DNA of 64,000 bases from Candidatus Bathyarchaeota archaeon (GTDB lineage Archaea > Thermoproteota > Bathyarchaeia > 40CM-2-53-6 > DTDX01): the NCBI GenBank assembly GCA_018396815.1, contig JAGTQY010000005.1, positions 7,783 to 71,782 of the forward strand, written 5' to 3'. The position numbers and the translations under genes were made by a program. Shown here piece after piece: positions 1 through 9,196 of this stretch (the stretch's first letter is position 1; each line of letters opens with the position of its first letter). The notes beneath the pieces were generated by a model, which had not been told where the DNA came from, made no database searches, and saw only the letters and a list, made by a program, of their open reading frames with translations.

Positions 1-1989
1 CCTGGAACTAAAACCTTCTGTTTAGTTGGTAAAATTCGAAATAGCGGTATAGTTGAAGTACCTTTGGGAACCCCCCTTGGAAAAATAGTGTTTGACATTG
101 GTGGAGGACCAAGAAACAAAAAAAAGTTTAAAGCTGTATTAATTGGTGGTCCATCTGGAGGTTGCCTTTCAACTGAACATTTAAATGTTCCGGTTGAGTA
201 TGAGACAATAGATACATTCGGTGCAATAATGGGTTCTGGTGGTCTTGTAGTCCTAGATGAAGATGATTGCATGGTTGACATTGCAAGATTTTTCCTTGAA
301 TTTACTAAGGATGAATCATGTGGAAAATGCACGCCATGTAGAGCTGGAATACCTCAAATGCTTGAAATTCTAGATAAAATTCGATATGGAAAAGGAACTT
401 TAGAAGATTTAAACCGTCTAGAAGAATTAGCTATAATGATTAAAACTACATCACTTTGTGGGCTCGGTCAAACAGCACCAAATCCTGTGCTAACAACTCT
501 ACGTTACTTTAGAAATGAATATGAAGCTCATGTGAAAGAAAAAAGATGCCCTGCTGTAGTTTGTCAAGCTTTATTTAAATCTCCATGTCAGCATGCTTGT
601 CCAGTAAATCTTAACATACCAGGTTATATATCACTAATTAAGGAGGGAAGAATTGAAGACGCCTATAAACTAATAAAGCAACGTTTACCATTTCCTTCAA
701 TTTGTGGAAGAGTATGTCATGCACCTTGCGAAAAGAAATGTCGACGCAGTCAAATAGATGAACCTATGGCCATAAAATACCTGAAAAAATTTGTAGCTGA
801 TTGGGCTATAGAGAAAAACATAACTTACACTCCTCCAATTTTAAAGAAGAAAAATACAAAAGTAGCTGTAATTGGAGCTGGACCTGCTGGATTAACTTGT
901 GCATACTATTTAGCAATATATGGATATGATGTTGTAGTGTTTGAATCTTCAAATGCTGCTGGTGGAATATTAAGATGGGGTATTCCAGAATATCGTCTAC
1001 CTAAAAAAATCCTTCAAAAGGAGCTACAGGAATTAGAAAAGCTCGGCATTAAAATAATGCTTAACTCTCGAGTGGAAAATATAGACGAATTATTTTCGAA
1101 AGGATTTAAAGCAATCTTCATTGCTATAGGAGCATCTAAAAGCGTAAAACTCAACATACCTGGAGAAAATCTACAAGGCGTTTATGATGCACTTGAATTT
1201 CTTAAAAAAGTAAACTCTAATGAAGAAGTTAGTTTAGGAAAAAAGGTTGCTATAATAGGTGGTGGAAACGCAGCAATAGATTCAGCAAGAGTAGCCCTTA
1301 GAAAAGGTGCGGAAGTTCACTTGTTTTATCGTCGTGAAAAGAAAGATATGCCTGCAATTGAAGAGGAGATAGAAGCCGCGGAAAAAGAGGGAGTAAAAAT
1401 CCACTGTTTAACAACTCCAATAGAGATAATTGGAGAGAATGGGAAAGTAAAAGCTATTAAATTAATTCGCATGAGTTTAGGAGAGTTTGATAAATCTGCA
1501 AGAAAAGTAGCTTACCCGATCCCAGGTTCAGAATTCATATTTGAGGTGGATAATGTTATTAAAGCTGTAGGTCAAGCGCCAGACACATCGTTTCTACAGA
1601 AACAAAATTTAAAATTAACAAAAGAAGGTTGGGTTTTAGTGGATTCACAAACAATGGCTACTAGTCGTATAGGAGTGTTTGCAGGTGGTGATATTGTAAC
1701 TGGACCTGCTACAGTTATAGAAGCAATAGCAGCAGGTATAAAAGCTGCAACATCTATTATAAAATTCCTCGAGGGTGAAGAAACCAAAATTGATCAACTC
1801 GAAATTATTAAAATACCTTCAACACCCCCTTCAGATGATGAAATAATTGAGAAACCTAGGATTGAACCAGTAAAATTGCCTTTACTCAATGCTATAAAAA
1901 ATTTTGATGAAGTAATTAAAAATTATAGTTTTGATATGGCCGTGAAAGAAGCTAAAAGATGTTTAAGATGCGACCTTGAAGTTAAATAA
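1..1989 (+). CDS. NuoF/HoxF-like FMN/Fe-S module (5' end cut by window edge) fused to GltD/NfnB-like FAD NAD(P)H oxidoreductase
   Basis: Frame 1 is open from nt 1 (PGTKTFCLVGKIRNSGIVEVPLG precedes the first Met at 64). NuoF cluster motifs ESCGKCTPCRAG and SLCGLGQTAPNPV are followed by a GltD-type Cys-rich region (CQHACPVNLNIPGY, CGRVCHAPCEKKC). Two dinucleotide folds are present: VAVIGAGPAGLTCAYYL and VAIIGGGNAAIDSA. Confidence 0.85.
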   Translation, partial: PGTKTFCLVGKIRNSGIVEVPLGTPLGKIVFDIGGGPRNKKKFKAVLIGGPSGGCLSTEHLNVPVEYETIDTFGAIMGSGGLVVLDEDDCMVDIARFFLEFTKDESCGKCTPCRAGIPQMLEILDKIRYGKGTLEDLNRLEELAIMIKTTSLCGLGQTAPNPVLTTLRYFRNEYEAHVKEKRCPAVVCQALFKSPCQHACPVNLNIPGYISLIKEGRIEDAYKLIKQRLPFPSICGRVCHAPCEKKCRRSQIDEPMAIKYLKKFVADWAIEKNITYTPPILKKKNTKVAVIGAGPAGLTCAYYLAIYGYDVVVFESSNAAGGILRWGIPEYRLPKKILQKELQELEKLGIKIMLNSRVENIDELFSKGFKAIFIAIGASKSVKLNIPGENLQGVYDALEFLKKVNSNEEVSLGKKVAIIGGGNAAIDSARVALRKGAEVHLFYRREKKDMPAIEEEIEAAEKEGVKIHCLTTPIEIIGENGKVKAIKLIRMSLGEFDKSARKVAYPIPGSEFIFEVDNVIKAVGQAPDTSFLQKQNLKLTKEGWVLVDSQTMATSRIGVFAGGDIVTGPATVIEAIAAGIKAATSIIKFLEGEETKIDQLEIIKIPSTPPSDDEIIEKPRIEPVKLPLLNAIKNFDEVIKNYSFDMAVKEAKRCLRCDLEVK

Positions 1990-2011
1990 AATTTATAGGG
2001 GGATTTAGTAT

Positions 2012-3892
2012 TTGAAAGAAATAATTTTAAAAATTGATGGTAAAGAGGTTAAAGGAAAAGAAGGAGATACAATTCTTGATGTTTGTAAAGCAAATGGTAT
2101 TTATATCCCAACTTTATGCTATTTAGAGGGTTTAACGCCTTATGGTGGATGTAGACTTTGTGTAGTTGAAATTGAAGGAGAAAAAAAGTTACATACTGCT
2201 TGCACATACCCAGCTAAGAATGGGTTAATTGTTAAAACCAACACTGAAATGCTTAATAATTATCGCAAAAAAATAATTGAGCTTTTATTTGCTGAAAAAA
2301 ATCATTACTGTATGTTTTGCGAGAAAAGTGGCAACTGTGAATTACAAGAATTAGCATATAAATTTAAATTGTATAATCTTTCTTTACCAATGCTTAATCC
2401 AAAACTACATGTAGATGCAACTGGTAAATATTTTGCTATAGATCATAATCGTTGTGTGCTTTGCAGTCGATGTATAAGAGCATGTGATGAAATAGTTGGG
2501 TTACATGTTTTAGATTTTTCTGAAAGGGGAAATAGAACTTTTGTTGCAGCAGATTTTAAGGATCCTATTGGTAATTCTAGTTGTATTGAATGTGGCTTGT
2601 GTATGCAGGTTTGTCCTACAGGAGCTATATTTGATAAAGTTTCATCATATAAGTTTAATGTTAATGAATGTCAAAAAATTACTACAGTTTGTCAACAATG
2701 TAGTATAGGTTGCCCAATTACACTTTTTATTAAAGATGGTAAAATACTAAGATGTGAAGGTGTTGATTTAAGGAATCCAAAAGTTCAATTATGCAGGGTT
2801 GGACGCTTTGATATATTATATCGAAATAACATTAGAATCTTAACACCTATGATTAGAAAAAATGGGAAGCTTAAGAAATGCTCTATTGAAGAAGCATTAA
2901 CATTGATTATAGATAAAATTAATTCGTTAACCAATAAGAAAAATATTCTATGTTTAATTTCTGGAATATATCCAAACAATATTCTTGAGGCTTTTGTGAA
3001 ATTTGCAATTGAAACTTTAGGTTCAATTTACGTAGATTCAACAGATGGTTATTGGTGTAGAGTTATTTCTCAAAGTTTAAGAACCTCCCCTAGAAATGTA
3101 GAATGCCAAATTGAAGATATTCAAAAAGCTGATTGTATATTAATTGTTGATGTTAATTTTAAAGTTCAAAATCCTCTTCATTCATTAGTTAGAAAAGCAG
3201 CTCGCTTTAATAATGCTAAAGTAATTTTTATTGGTTCTGCTGAAAACCACTTCGTAAATATAGCGGATATATGGATTAAAACTGATTCTTCAATTGAAAA
3301 TCGTTTATTAGAAATATTGTTGAATGCGATTAATGGTGATGAAAAAGAGCTTAAACATCCAAAAATTACCTATGAAAAACCGGAGGATCTACACTTAGCG
3401 GCTAACTTAGTTAATAAAGCTAAGCACTGCATAATTGTTTATGGTGAAAATTTAGTTAAATTAGGTGGAACAAAAACTGTAAATTTAATATATGAAACTG
3501 CTAGAAAACATGATAATATTAATGTAGTTCCTTTAGGCCCATACTTAAATAGTATGGATGCTCAACGTTTTAAAATTGTAAATAATCTAGGATTCACTAA
3601 CTATAATGAAGTAGAATTAGCATATCTACTCCTTGGTGATGATGACTCTTTTATTTTACCAAAGTTTATAGAGCCAAACTTTTTAATAGTTCAAAGTGCT
3701 TACTACTCTAAAATAGCAATGATGGCTGATTTAATTATTCCAGCAACTACATGGCTTGAAAGAGATGAAAAAGTTAAAAATTTAGAGAAACCACATGGAA
3801 TTATAGATGAAAAATCATTTATTACTAAACTTTTAATAAAGTTAACTGGAAACTCGCTTGATGAACAAATTAAAAGAGAGGTTAAAAAATGA
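2012..3892 (+). CDS. NuoG/HoxU-like Fe-S subunit: 2Fe-2S ferredoxin domain, His/Cys cluster, two 4Fe-4S motifs, plus a molybdopterin-oxidoreductase-like C-terminal half
   Basis: TTG start after a gggggA-rich RBS. Motifs seen: CYLEGLTPYGGCRLC, HYCMFCEKSGNCELQ, CVLCSRCIRAC, CIECGLCMQVCPTGA, CQQCSIGCPI. Its stop overlaps the next gene (ATGA at 3889). Confidence 0.8.
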   Translation: MKEIILKIDGKEVKGKEGDTILDVCKANGIYIPTLCYLEGLTPYGGCRLCVVEIEGEKKLHTACTYPAKNGLIVKTNTEMLNNYRKKIIELLFAEKNHYCMFCEKSGNCELQELAYKFKLYNLSLPMLNPKLHVDATGKYFAIDHNRCVLCSRCIRACDEIVGLHVLDFSERGNRTFVAADFKDPIGNSSCIECGLCMQVCPTGAIFDKVSSYKFNVNECQKITTVCQQCSIGCPITLFIKDGKILRCEGVDLRNPKVQLCRVGRFDILYRNNIRILTPMIRKNGKLKKCSIEEALTLIIDKINSLTNKKNILCLISGIYPNNILEAFVKFAIETLGSIYVDSTDGYWCRVISQSLRTSPRNVECQIEDIQKADCILIVDVNFKVQNPLHSLVRKAARFNNAKVIFIGSAENHFVNIADIWIKTDSSIENRLLEILLNAINGDEKELKHPKITYEKPEDLHLAANLVNKAKHCIIVYGENLVKLGGTKTVNLIYETARKHDNINVVPLGPYLNSMDAQRFKIVNNLGFTNYNEVELAYLLLGDDDSFILPKFIEPNFLIVQSAYYSKIAMMADLIIPATTWLERDEKVKNLEKPHGIIDEKSFITKLLIKLTGNSLDEQIKREVKK

Positions 3893-4422
3893 AGAAAATT
3901 TCAACAATATGGTTAGGCGGCTGCTCTGGATGCCACATGTCTTTATTAGATATAGATGAAAAATTAATTGAGTTAACCAGTGAAGCGAAGATCGTGAAAT
4001 CTACACCTATAGTGGATATAAAGAATTTTCCTCAAGCAGATATAGGAATCGTGGAAGGAGCTGTTGCAACGAAAGAGGATGAGGAAAATTTAAAAAAAAT
4101 TCGGGAATGCTGCAAAATTTTAGTTGCTATCGGAGATTGTGCTTGCTTTGGAGGTATAACTTCTTATCGTAACCTTTTTGAAAAAGAAGAAGTTTTACAA
4201 AGAGTGTTTATCGAAAGTGAAAGCGTTGAAAAAGGTAAAATTCCTCAATCAAAATTTGTCCCGCCTATTTTAGAAAAAGTTAAACCTATTAATGCTGTTG
4301 TTACTGTTGATTGTTATATTCCAGGCTGCCCTCCAAATGCTAAAGTAATATTTTATGCTCTTAAAGAGTTACTAACCGGAAGGATACCTGTTTTACCCAG
4401 TGAAATGGTGAGTTTTGAGTAA
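3889..4422 (+). CDS. [NiFe] hydrogenase small subunit, short HoxY-like form (proximal cluster only)
   Basis: 177 aa with no Tat signal. Motifs GGCSGCHMSLLD, GDCACFGG and IPGCPP. Translationally coupled to the upstream gene. Confidence 0.85.
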   Translation: MKKISTIWLGGCSGCHMSLLDIDEKLIELTSEAKIVKSTPIVDIKNFPQADIGIVEGAVATKEDEENLKKIRECCKILVAIGDCACFGGITSYRNLFEKEEVLQRVFIESESVEKGKIPQSKFVPPILEKVKPINAVVTVDCYIPGCPPNAKVIFYALKELLTGRIPVLPSEMVSFE

Positions 4423-4440
4423 GAAAAGGTGAAAATTTAA

Positions 4441-5901
4441 ATGGTGAAGGAAATAATTGAAAATGAAAAACTATATGAATCATTAATTCTTAAAAAAGAA
4501 GTAGAAGTGCCTGTAACTAGAATTGAGGGACATGGTAAAGTAGTTGTTACATTAAATGAGCATGGAAATGTTGTTGATACTAAATTTATAGTTACTCAAC
4601 TGAGAGGATTTGAAAAGTTTTGTGAAGGTCGATTAATGTGGGAAATGCCTGTAATAACCTCTAGAATTTGTGGTATATGTCCTGTAAGCCATCATTTAGC
4701 ATCAGCAAAAGCTGTTGATGCAATTTTAGGTATAGATATACCTGTAACAGCAAAGAAATTACGTTTATTACTTCATATGGGTCAAATAATTCAATCTCAT
4801 GCTTTAAGCTTATTTTATCTTTCAATGCCAGATTTAATCCTTGGATATGACTATAATATTGAAAAAAGAAATATAATTGGGTTACTTGAAAAAAAACCTG
4901 AATTAGCTAAAAAAGGAATTGAGCTTAGAAAATTCGGTCAAACAATAATTGAAACTTTAGCTGGAAGAAGAGTTCATCCAAAATACGCGATACCTGGAGG
5001 AGTTAATAAAGCGCTTGAAACTGAAGAAAAAGAATTTTTAAGAAAACAAATAGATGAAAAAATTAACCATGTAGAATCATGTATTGAAATTGTTAAATCT
5101 TTATGCTCAACTCAAGAAGATAAAATTCCAATAACAACTTATTTTATGGGTTTAATAAGTAAAAATAATGAGTTAGAATTTTATGACGGTAATATTAGAA
5201 TAAAAAATCAAAAAGGTGATGTTGTTAAAGATTTTAACCCATCTACCTACCTATCTATTATAGGTGAAAGAGTAGAAGATTGGTCTTATCTGAAATTCCC
5301 ATATTACAAAGAAGCTGGCTTCCCAAATGGTTCATTAATGGTTGGACCCCTTGCAAGACTTAATATTGCAGATAAAATTTCAACACCTTTAGCTGAAGAA
5401 GAATTTAAAGAATTTCAAAAACTTAAAGAAAATGGAGTTGTTAATAGCGTCATATATTATCATTATGCTAGAATCATAGAAATGCTTCATGCAGTTGAAA
5501 CCGTAAAAAACCTCTTAGAAGATGAGGAAGTATGCTCAAAAGACATATGGATTAACTCTATTGAAGTTAAAAATCCTGAAGGAATTGGCGTTATAGAAGC
5601 GCCAAGAGGAACTCTCATTCATCACTACTGGGTAAACAATGATGGAGTTATAATTAAATTAAATCTCATAGTTGCAACAGTCTTTAACAATATAGGAATG
5701 AATCTAGCAGTTAAAGAAGTAGCAACTAAAAATATTAAAAACTTCAAAGTTAATGAAGGGATATTAAATCGTATAGAAGCTGCTATAAGATGTTTTGATC
5801 CATGCTTATCTTGCTCTACGCATACTTTTGGCCAAATGCCCTTAATAATTCAAGTTATATCCACGGATGGAAAAATTATTAAAGAAATTACACGAAATTA
5901 A
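4441..5901 (+). CDS. [NiFe] hydrogenase large subunit (group 3, cytosolic bidirectional type)
   Basis: N-terminal VTRIEGHGKV and RICGICPVSH. C-terminal DPCLSCSTH is followed by a 25-aa tail typical of endopeptidase-processed precursors. Confidence 0.9.
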   Translation: MVKEIIENEKLYESLILKKEVEVPVTRIEGHGKVVVTLNEHGNVVDTKFIVTQLRGFEKFCEGRLMWEMPVITSRICGICPVSHHLASAKAVDAILGIDIPVTAKKLRLLLHMGQIIQSHALSLFYLSMPDLILGYDYNIEKRNIIGLLEKKPELAKKGIELRKFGQTIIETLAGRRVHPKYAIPGGVNKALETEEKEFLRKQIDEKINHVESCIEIVKSLCSTQEDKIPITTYFMGLISKNNELEFYDGNIRIKNQKGDVVKDFNPSTYLSIIGERVEDWSYLKFPYYKEAGFPNGSLMVGPLARLNIADKISTPLAEEEFKEFQKLKENGVVNSVIYYHYARIIEMLHAVETVKNLLEDEEVCSKDIWINSIEVKNPEGIGVIEAPRGTLIHHYWVNNDGVIIKLNLIVATVFNNIGMNLAVKEVATKNIKNFKVNEGILNRIEAAIRCFDPCLSCSTHTFGQMPLIIQVISTDGKIIKEITRN

Positions 5902-6049
5902 AATTACCTTGCCCCAGATAAATTAAATTATTTTTTATTTTTATTTATATATTAATCTAGTTTTAAATTTTTATATTTCATCAATCTAAAAAAGGAAACT
6001 TGATGCTTCAATCAGTCTTTAACTGCTTTCTAGGTGAAAAATTAAAGAA

Positions 6050-6877
6050 ATGGAAAAAAGAAGGAGAATGAAGTTTAAACCTGGAAGCAAAAGTAAAACT
6101 GCTTGGTTTAGAGTTAAAAAAGTATTAGAAAAAGCAAATATTGTAATTGAAGTTTTAGATGCTCGTGACCCTTTAGGTACAAAAAGCTTAGAGCTAGAAA
6201 GTTATATTAAATCTTTCAATAAGAAGTTTATTTTAGTATTAAACAAAATTGATCTTGTTCCAAAGAATATTATTGAAAAATGGATTAAATATTTTAAATC
6301 TCTCGGTTATATTGTTGCTTCAATTAATGCTAAGAATAAAAAAGATGTAGAAAAACTAAAAAATAAAGTTAAAAAATTAGTTAAAGATAAAACTGTAATT
6401 TTAGCTGTTGTAGGTTACCCAAACGTTGGTAAATCAACTTTAATAAACAGTTTTAAAGGGCGTTATGTAGCTGAAACCTCACCTGTACCTGGATTTACTA
6501 AAGGAGAAAAACTTGTGAAAATAGATGAAAACTTTTTTATTTTTGATACACCTGGTGTTTTGCCATTAAAAAAACTTAGTTTTATCGATCTTGCTATTAA
6601 AGGTTTTATTCCTCCTGAGAAAATCAGAAACCCCTTAACACCAGCATTAACACTTTTAAATGAAATATTAAATGAAAAACCTCAAATTTTAGAAGAAACC
6701 TATAAAATCAAAGTTAACGACTCTTATGAAGCTTTAAAACTTTTAGCTGCTAAAAGAGGTTTTTTACTTAAGAATGGGGAATTAAATATTGATGAAGCTT
6801 CAAGAGTTATTTTACGTGATTGGCAATCAGGAAAACTAAAGTTTTATAAAATTCCTAAAAGTTTATTAAACAATTAA
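6050..6877 (+). CDS. circularly permuted GTPase (YlqF/RbgA / MJ1464-like ribosome-biogenesis family)
   Basis: The G4 motif NKIDL precedes G1 GYPNVGKST and G3 DTPG, which is the permuted motif order. Confidence 0.75.
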   Translation: MEKRRRMKFKPGSKSKTAWFRVKKVLEKANIVIEVLDARDPLGTKSLELESYIKSFNKKFILVLNKIDLVPKNIIEKWIKYFKSLGYIVASINAKNKKDVEKLKNKVKKLVKDKTVILAVVGYPNVGKSTLINSFKGRYVAETSPVPGFTKGEKLVKIDENFFIFDTPGVLPLKKLSFIDLAIKGFIPPEKIRNPLTPALTLLNEILNEKPQILEETYKIKVNDSYEALKLLAAKRGFLLKNGELNIDEASRVILRDWQSGKLKFYKIPKSLLNN

Positions 6878-7324
6878 ACTTTATAAACTAAAAGTAATGT
6901 CGTTAATAAAAAGCCTTTTAAATGTTATAAGAGAGACAATTGATATACCTATGAAACAACGTCAGAAAATTTTTCATTTACTATCTATCAAGATTATCAA
7001 TAATTAAGGTTACCAGTAATTAGACTAGTAAGAAATCTGATCCTACTAAGTAAAGTAGCAATGCTAAAAAGGATTAGCAACTTTAAGTATTAAAGGCTGT
7101 ATAATTCCTATTAAAGGCCTTTTCTTCCATTTTGTTAACGAAACTTAATTTTTCAGTATTTCCTCCTCCTTAATTTAATCAATCATTTAAGAGTTAAATT
7201 TAGGTTTTAGCAAAAAAGCACCTTTAATCTTCTAAAAGTAAACATCAGTTGTAATCTTTAAAGTTTTTTAATTAAATTTCTATATCAAAACCTAACTTAC
7301 TCTTTGAAATCCACAATAAAATAG

Positions 7325-7402
7325 TGGTGGGCCGGACCGGACTTGAACCGGTGACCTTCCGCGTGTAAGGCGGATGTCCTAACCAGGCTGGACGACCGGC
7401 CC
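7325..7402 (-). tRNA. tRNA-Val (anticodon UAC) with genomically encoded CCA
   Basis: Reverse complement is GGGCCGG TC GTCC AGCCTGGTTA GGAC A TCCGC CTTACAC GCGGA AGGTC ACCGG TTCAAGT CCGGT CCGGCCC A CCA. All four stems are perfectly paired and the anticodon loop is CT-TAC-AC. Confidence 0.9.
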
Positions 7403-7693
7403 AAAAACCAAGCTTTATTTTTTCACTTAATAATTCTATTTAATGTAACATAACAACATATAAATTTTAAGAAAATTAAGCTTAAAAAGAATTATCCAGA
7501 TAAATTAAGAAAAAAGGTTACGCTTTTAATTTTATATATCCTTACCTACTTTTGAGCTTATAGGAAAGGCTAAAGAAAAAACATATGGGTTTTAAAAGCA
7601 ACAGAAGACTTTTATAAACCAGAGAAATTATTTTTTGAAATTTAACATATTTGAAATTTCAAGTTAAAATTCTTAATTATACTAACTAATAAT

Positions 7694-8089
7694 TTAAGGT
7701 TTTATTGTTTCTTCATTAAACCATCTATAAATGGTTTTTAAAGGTACACCTAATTTTTCTGATATTTGCTTAGCTTTATATCCTTCTCTTCTTAGCTCTT
7801 GCATTTGTTTTTTTAATAGTTTTCTTTCAGCTTTTCTAAATTTTGCTTTATTTTCGAAGATTATGCGTTTTTCATTACCGAATAATGAAAGAGCAAGCAT
7901 GAAAGCTTTAATATAATTGTAATCCTTATTGATGTAACCTATTAGTTTAATAGAGTAGTTTTCTGCAATATAGTTTTTCAATTGGTTTAGCGTTTCCTCT
8001 ACCATATCAAAGTTTATAGCTGAAGCAAACTTAACTTCAATTATTTTTGCTTCAGAGTTAACTTCAATCGAGTATTTTTTATCAATCAT
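7694..8089 (-). CDS. small DNA-binding protein with a C-terminal resolvase/terminase-type HTH; N-terminal domain unknown
   Basis: The C-terminus REGYKAKQISEKLGVPLKTIYRWF is a classic HTH. I recognise no family for residues 1-80. Confidence 0.5.
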   Translation of the reverse strand: MIDKKYSIEVNSEAKIIEVKFASAINFDMVEETLNQLKNYIAENYSIKLIGYINKDYNYIKAFMLALSLFGNEKRIIFENKAKFRKAERKLLKKQMQELRREGYKAKQISEKLGVPLKTIYRWFNEETIKP

Positions 8090-8135
8090 TTTAAGCCACC
8101 TTAACTTACTTTAAACCTTATTGATTTTATTATAA

Positions 8136-8188
8136 CTTATAAATTTTTCTCATTTTGACTTTTTCTTATAATGCGAAAAATTTATAAG
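8136..8188. promoter_or_regulatory. perfect 14-bp inverted repeat (cttataaatttttc / gaaaaatttataag) overlapping TATA-like boxes upstream of the HTH gene
   Basis: The arms lie at 8136-8149 and 8175-8188 with a 25-nt spacer. A second 10-bp inverted repeat ttctcatttt/aaaatgagaa lies at 8147-8156 and 8216-8225. Confidence 0.4.
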
Positions 8189-8391
8189 CAAGTTTTCTCA
8201 TAATATAAAATTGGGAAAATGAGAATGGAGGTGATACCTATGATTGAAAACATCTTTAAACTCAGAATGATTAAACATAAGATAACTGATCGCGGTCCTC
8301 CAATAAACTTCTAACTTATTTTTTATTTTTCGTTGCTTTCAATCGATCATCATTAATTTAAAGATACAAAATGGAGATTTTTTAAGTTGAA

Positions 8392-9150
8392 TCAAGTTAA
8401 ATCTCCGCATTCACAAAGGCTTTCATGAATTAAATCAAAAAGGTAAAGCATCCCTTCACCTGTTTTAGCTGAAACTTTAACTATTCTTTGAGCAAAAGCC
8501 AAGTTTTTCAAAGCTTCAATTAATTTTATTGCTAAATCTTTTATGGCTCCTATATTTTCTTGAATAACTTTTTCTTTTAAATAATCATAGTTTGAAATCA
8601 TTTTTTCTAAATCGTCATTTTTAACTTCATCTGCTTTATTAAGAACTAAAATAAGCGGTATTCCTAATCTAAGTTGAGAAGCTAAAGCTAAAGAAAAAGC
8701 TGAAGTTAAACTTGAAGGGGTTTCAGCTAAAAAAGGATCAATAAGGTAAACACCTATAGTAGGCGCTTTTAAACTAAATTCTTTTGCTATAAATGGGCCT
8801 GCAGGTCTAAAAACAAATATTTCACTTTGCCCAGGCGTATCGATAAGCATGAAATCACCTTTAAACTCTTCAATTTCACTTAAAATTTTTTTAATGTTTT
8901 CTTGCATTAACTCTGAAGCTTTAATCATAGCTCCATTAGGTCCCAAATCCTCTTTCCTCATAAGCTCCTCTATAGTAAAGTATTTTCTTATATCGAAATT
9001 TGGTTGATAAGGTAAAGAAATGCATCCTGGATCTAAATTCACATAAATAACTTTAAATCCCTCTTCACTCAACCAATTACCAAATTTAGCTGTTAAACTT
9101 GTTTTTCCTGCACCTGCAGAACCTAAAATCATTATTTGAAGCGTAACCAT
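8392..9150 (-). CDS. GPN-loop GTPase
   Basis: P-loop GSAGAGKTS, diagnostic LGPNGAMI (GPN) motif, DTPGQ and NKAD. Confidence 0.85.
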   Translation of the reverse strand: MVTLQIMILGSAGAGKTSLTAKFGNWLSEEGFKVIYVNLDPGCISLPYQPNFDIRKYFTIEELMRKEDLGPNGAMIKASELMQENIKKILSEIEEFKGDFMLIDTPGQSEIFVFRPAGPFIAKEFSLKAPTIGVYLIDPFLAETPSSLTSAFSLALASQLRLGIPLILVLNKADEVKNDDLEKMISNYDYLKEKVIQENIGAIKDLAIKLIEALKNLAFAQRIVKVSAKTGEGMLYLFDLIHESLCECGDLT

Positions 9151-9196
9151 CCTGTTTTTTCAAACTCCTTTTTTACATTAAAATTTAAAAAACAAA

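Noticed and set aside
7325-7402. tRNA-Val as an integration site (att) for the nearby orphan HTH gene or for the distant island
   Set aside because: I found no second copy of the tRNA 3' half (ggttcaagtccgg or its complement) elsewhere in the window, and no integrase. The long AT-rich flanks alone are not evidence.
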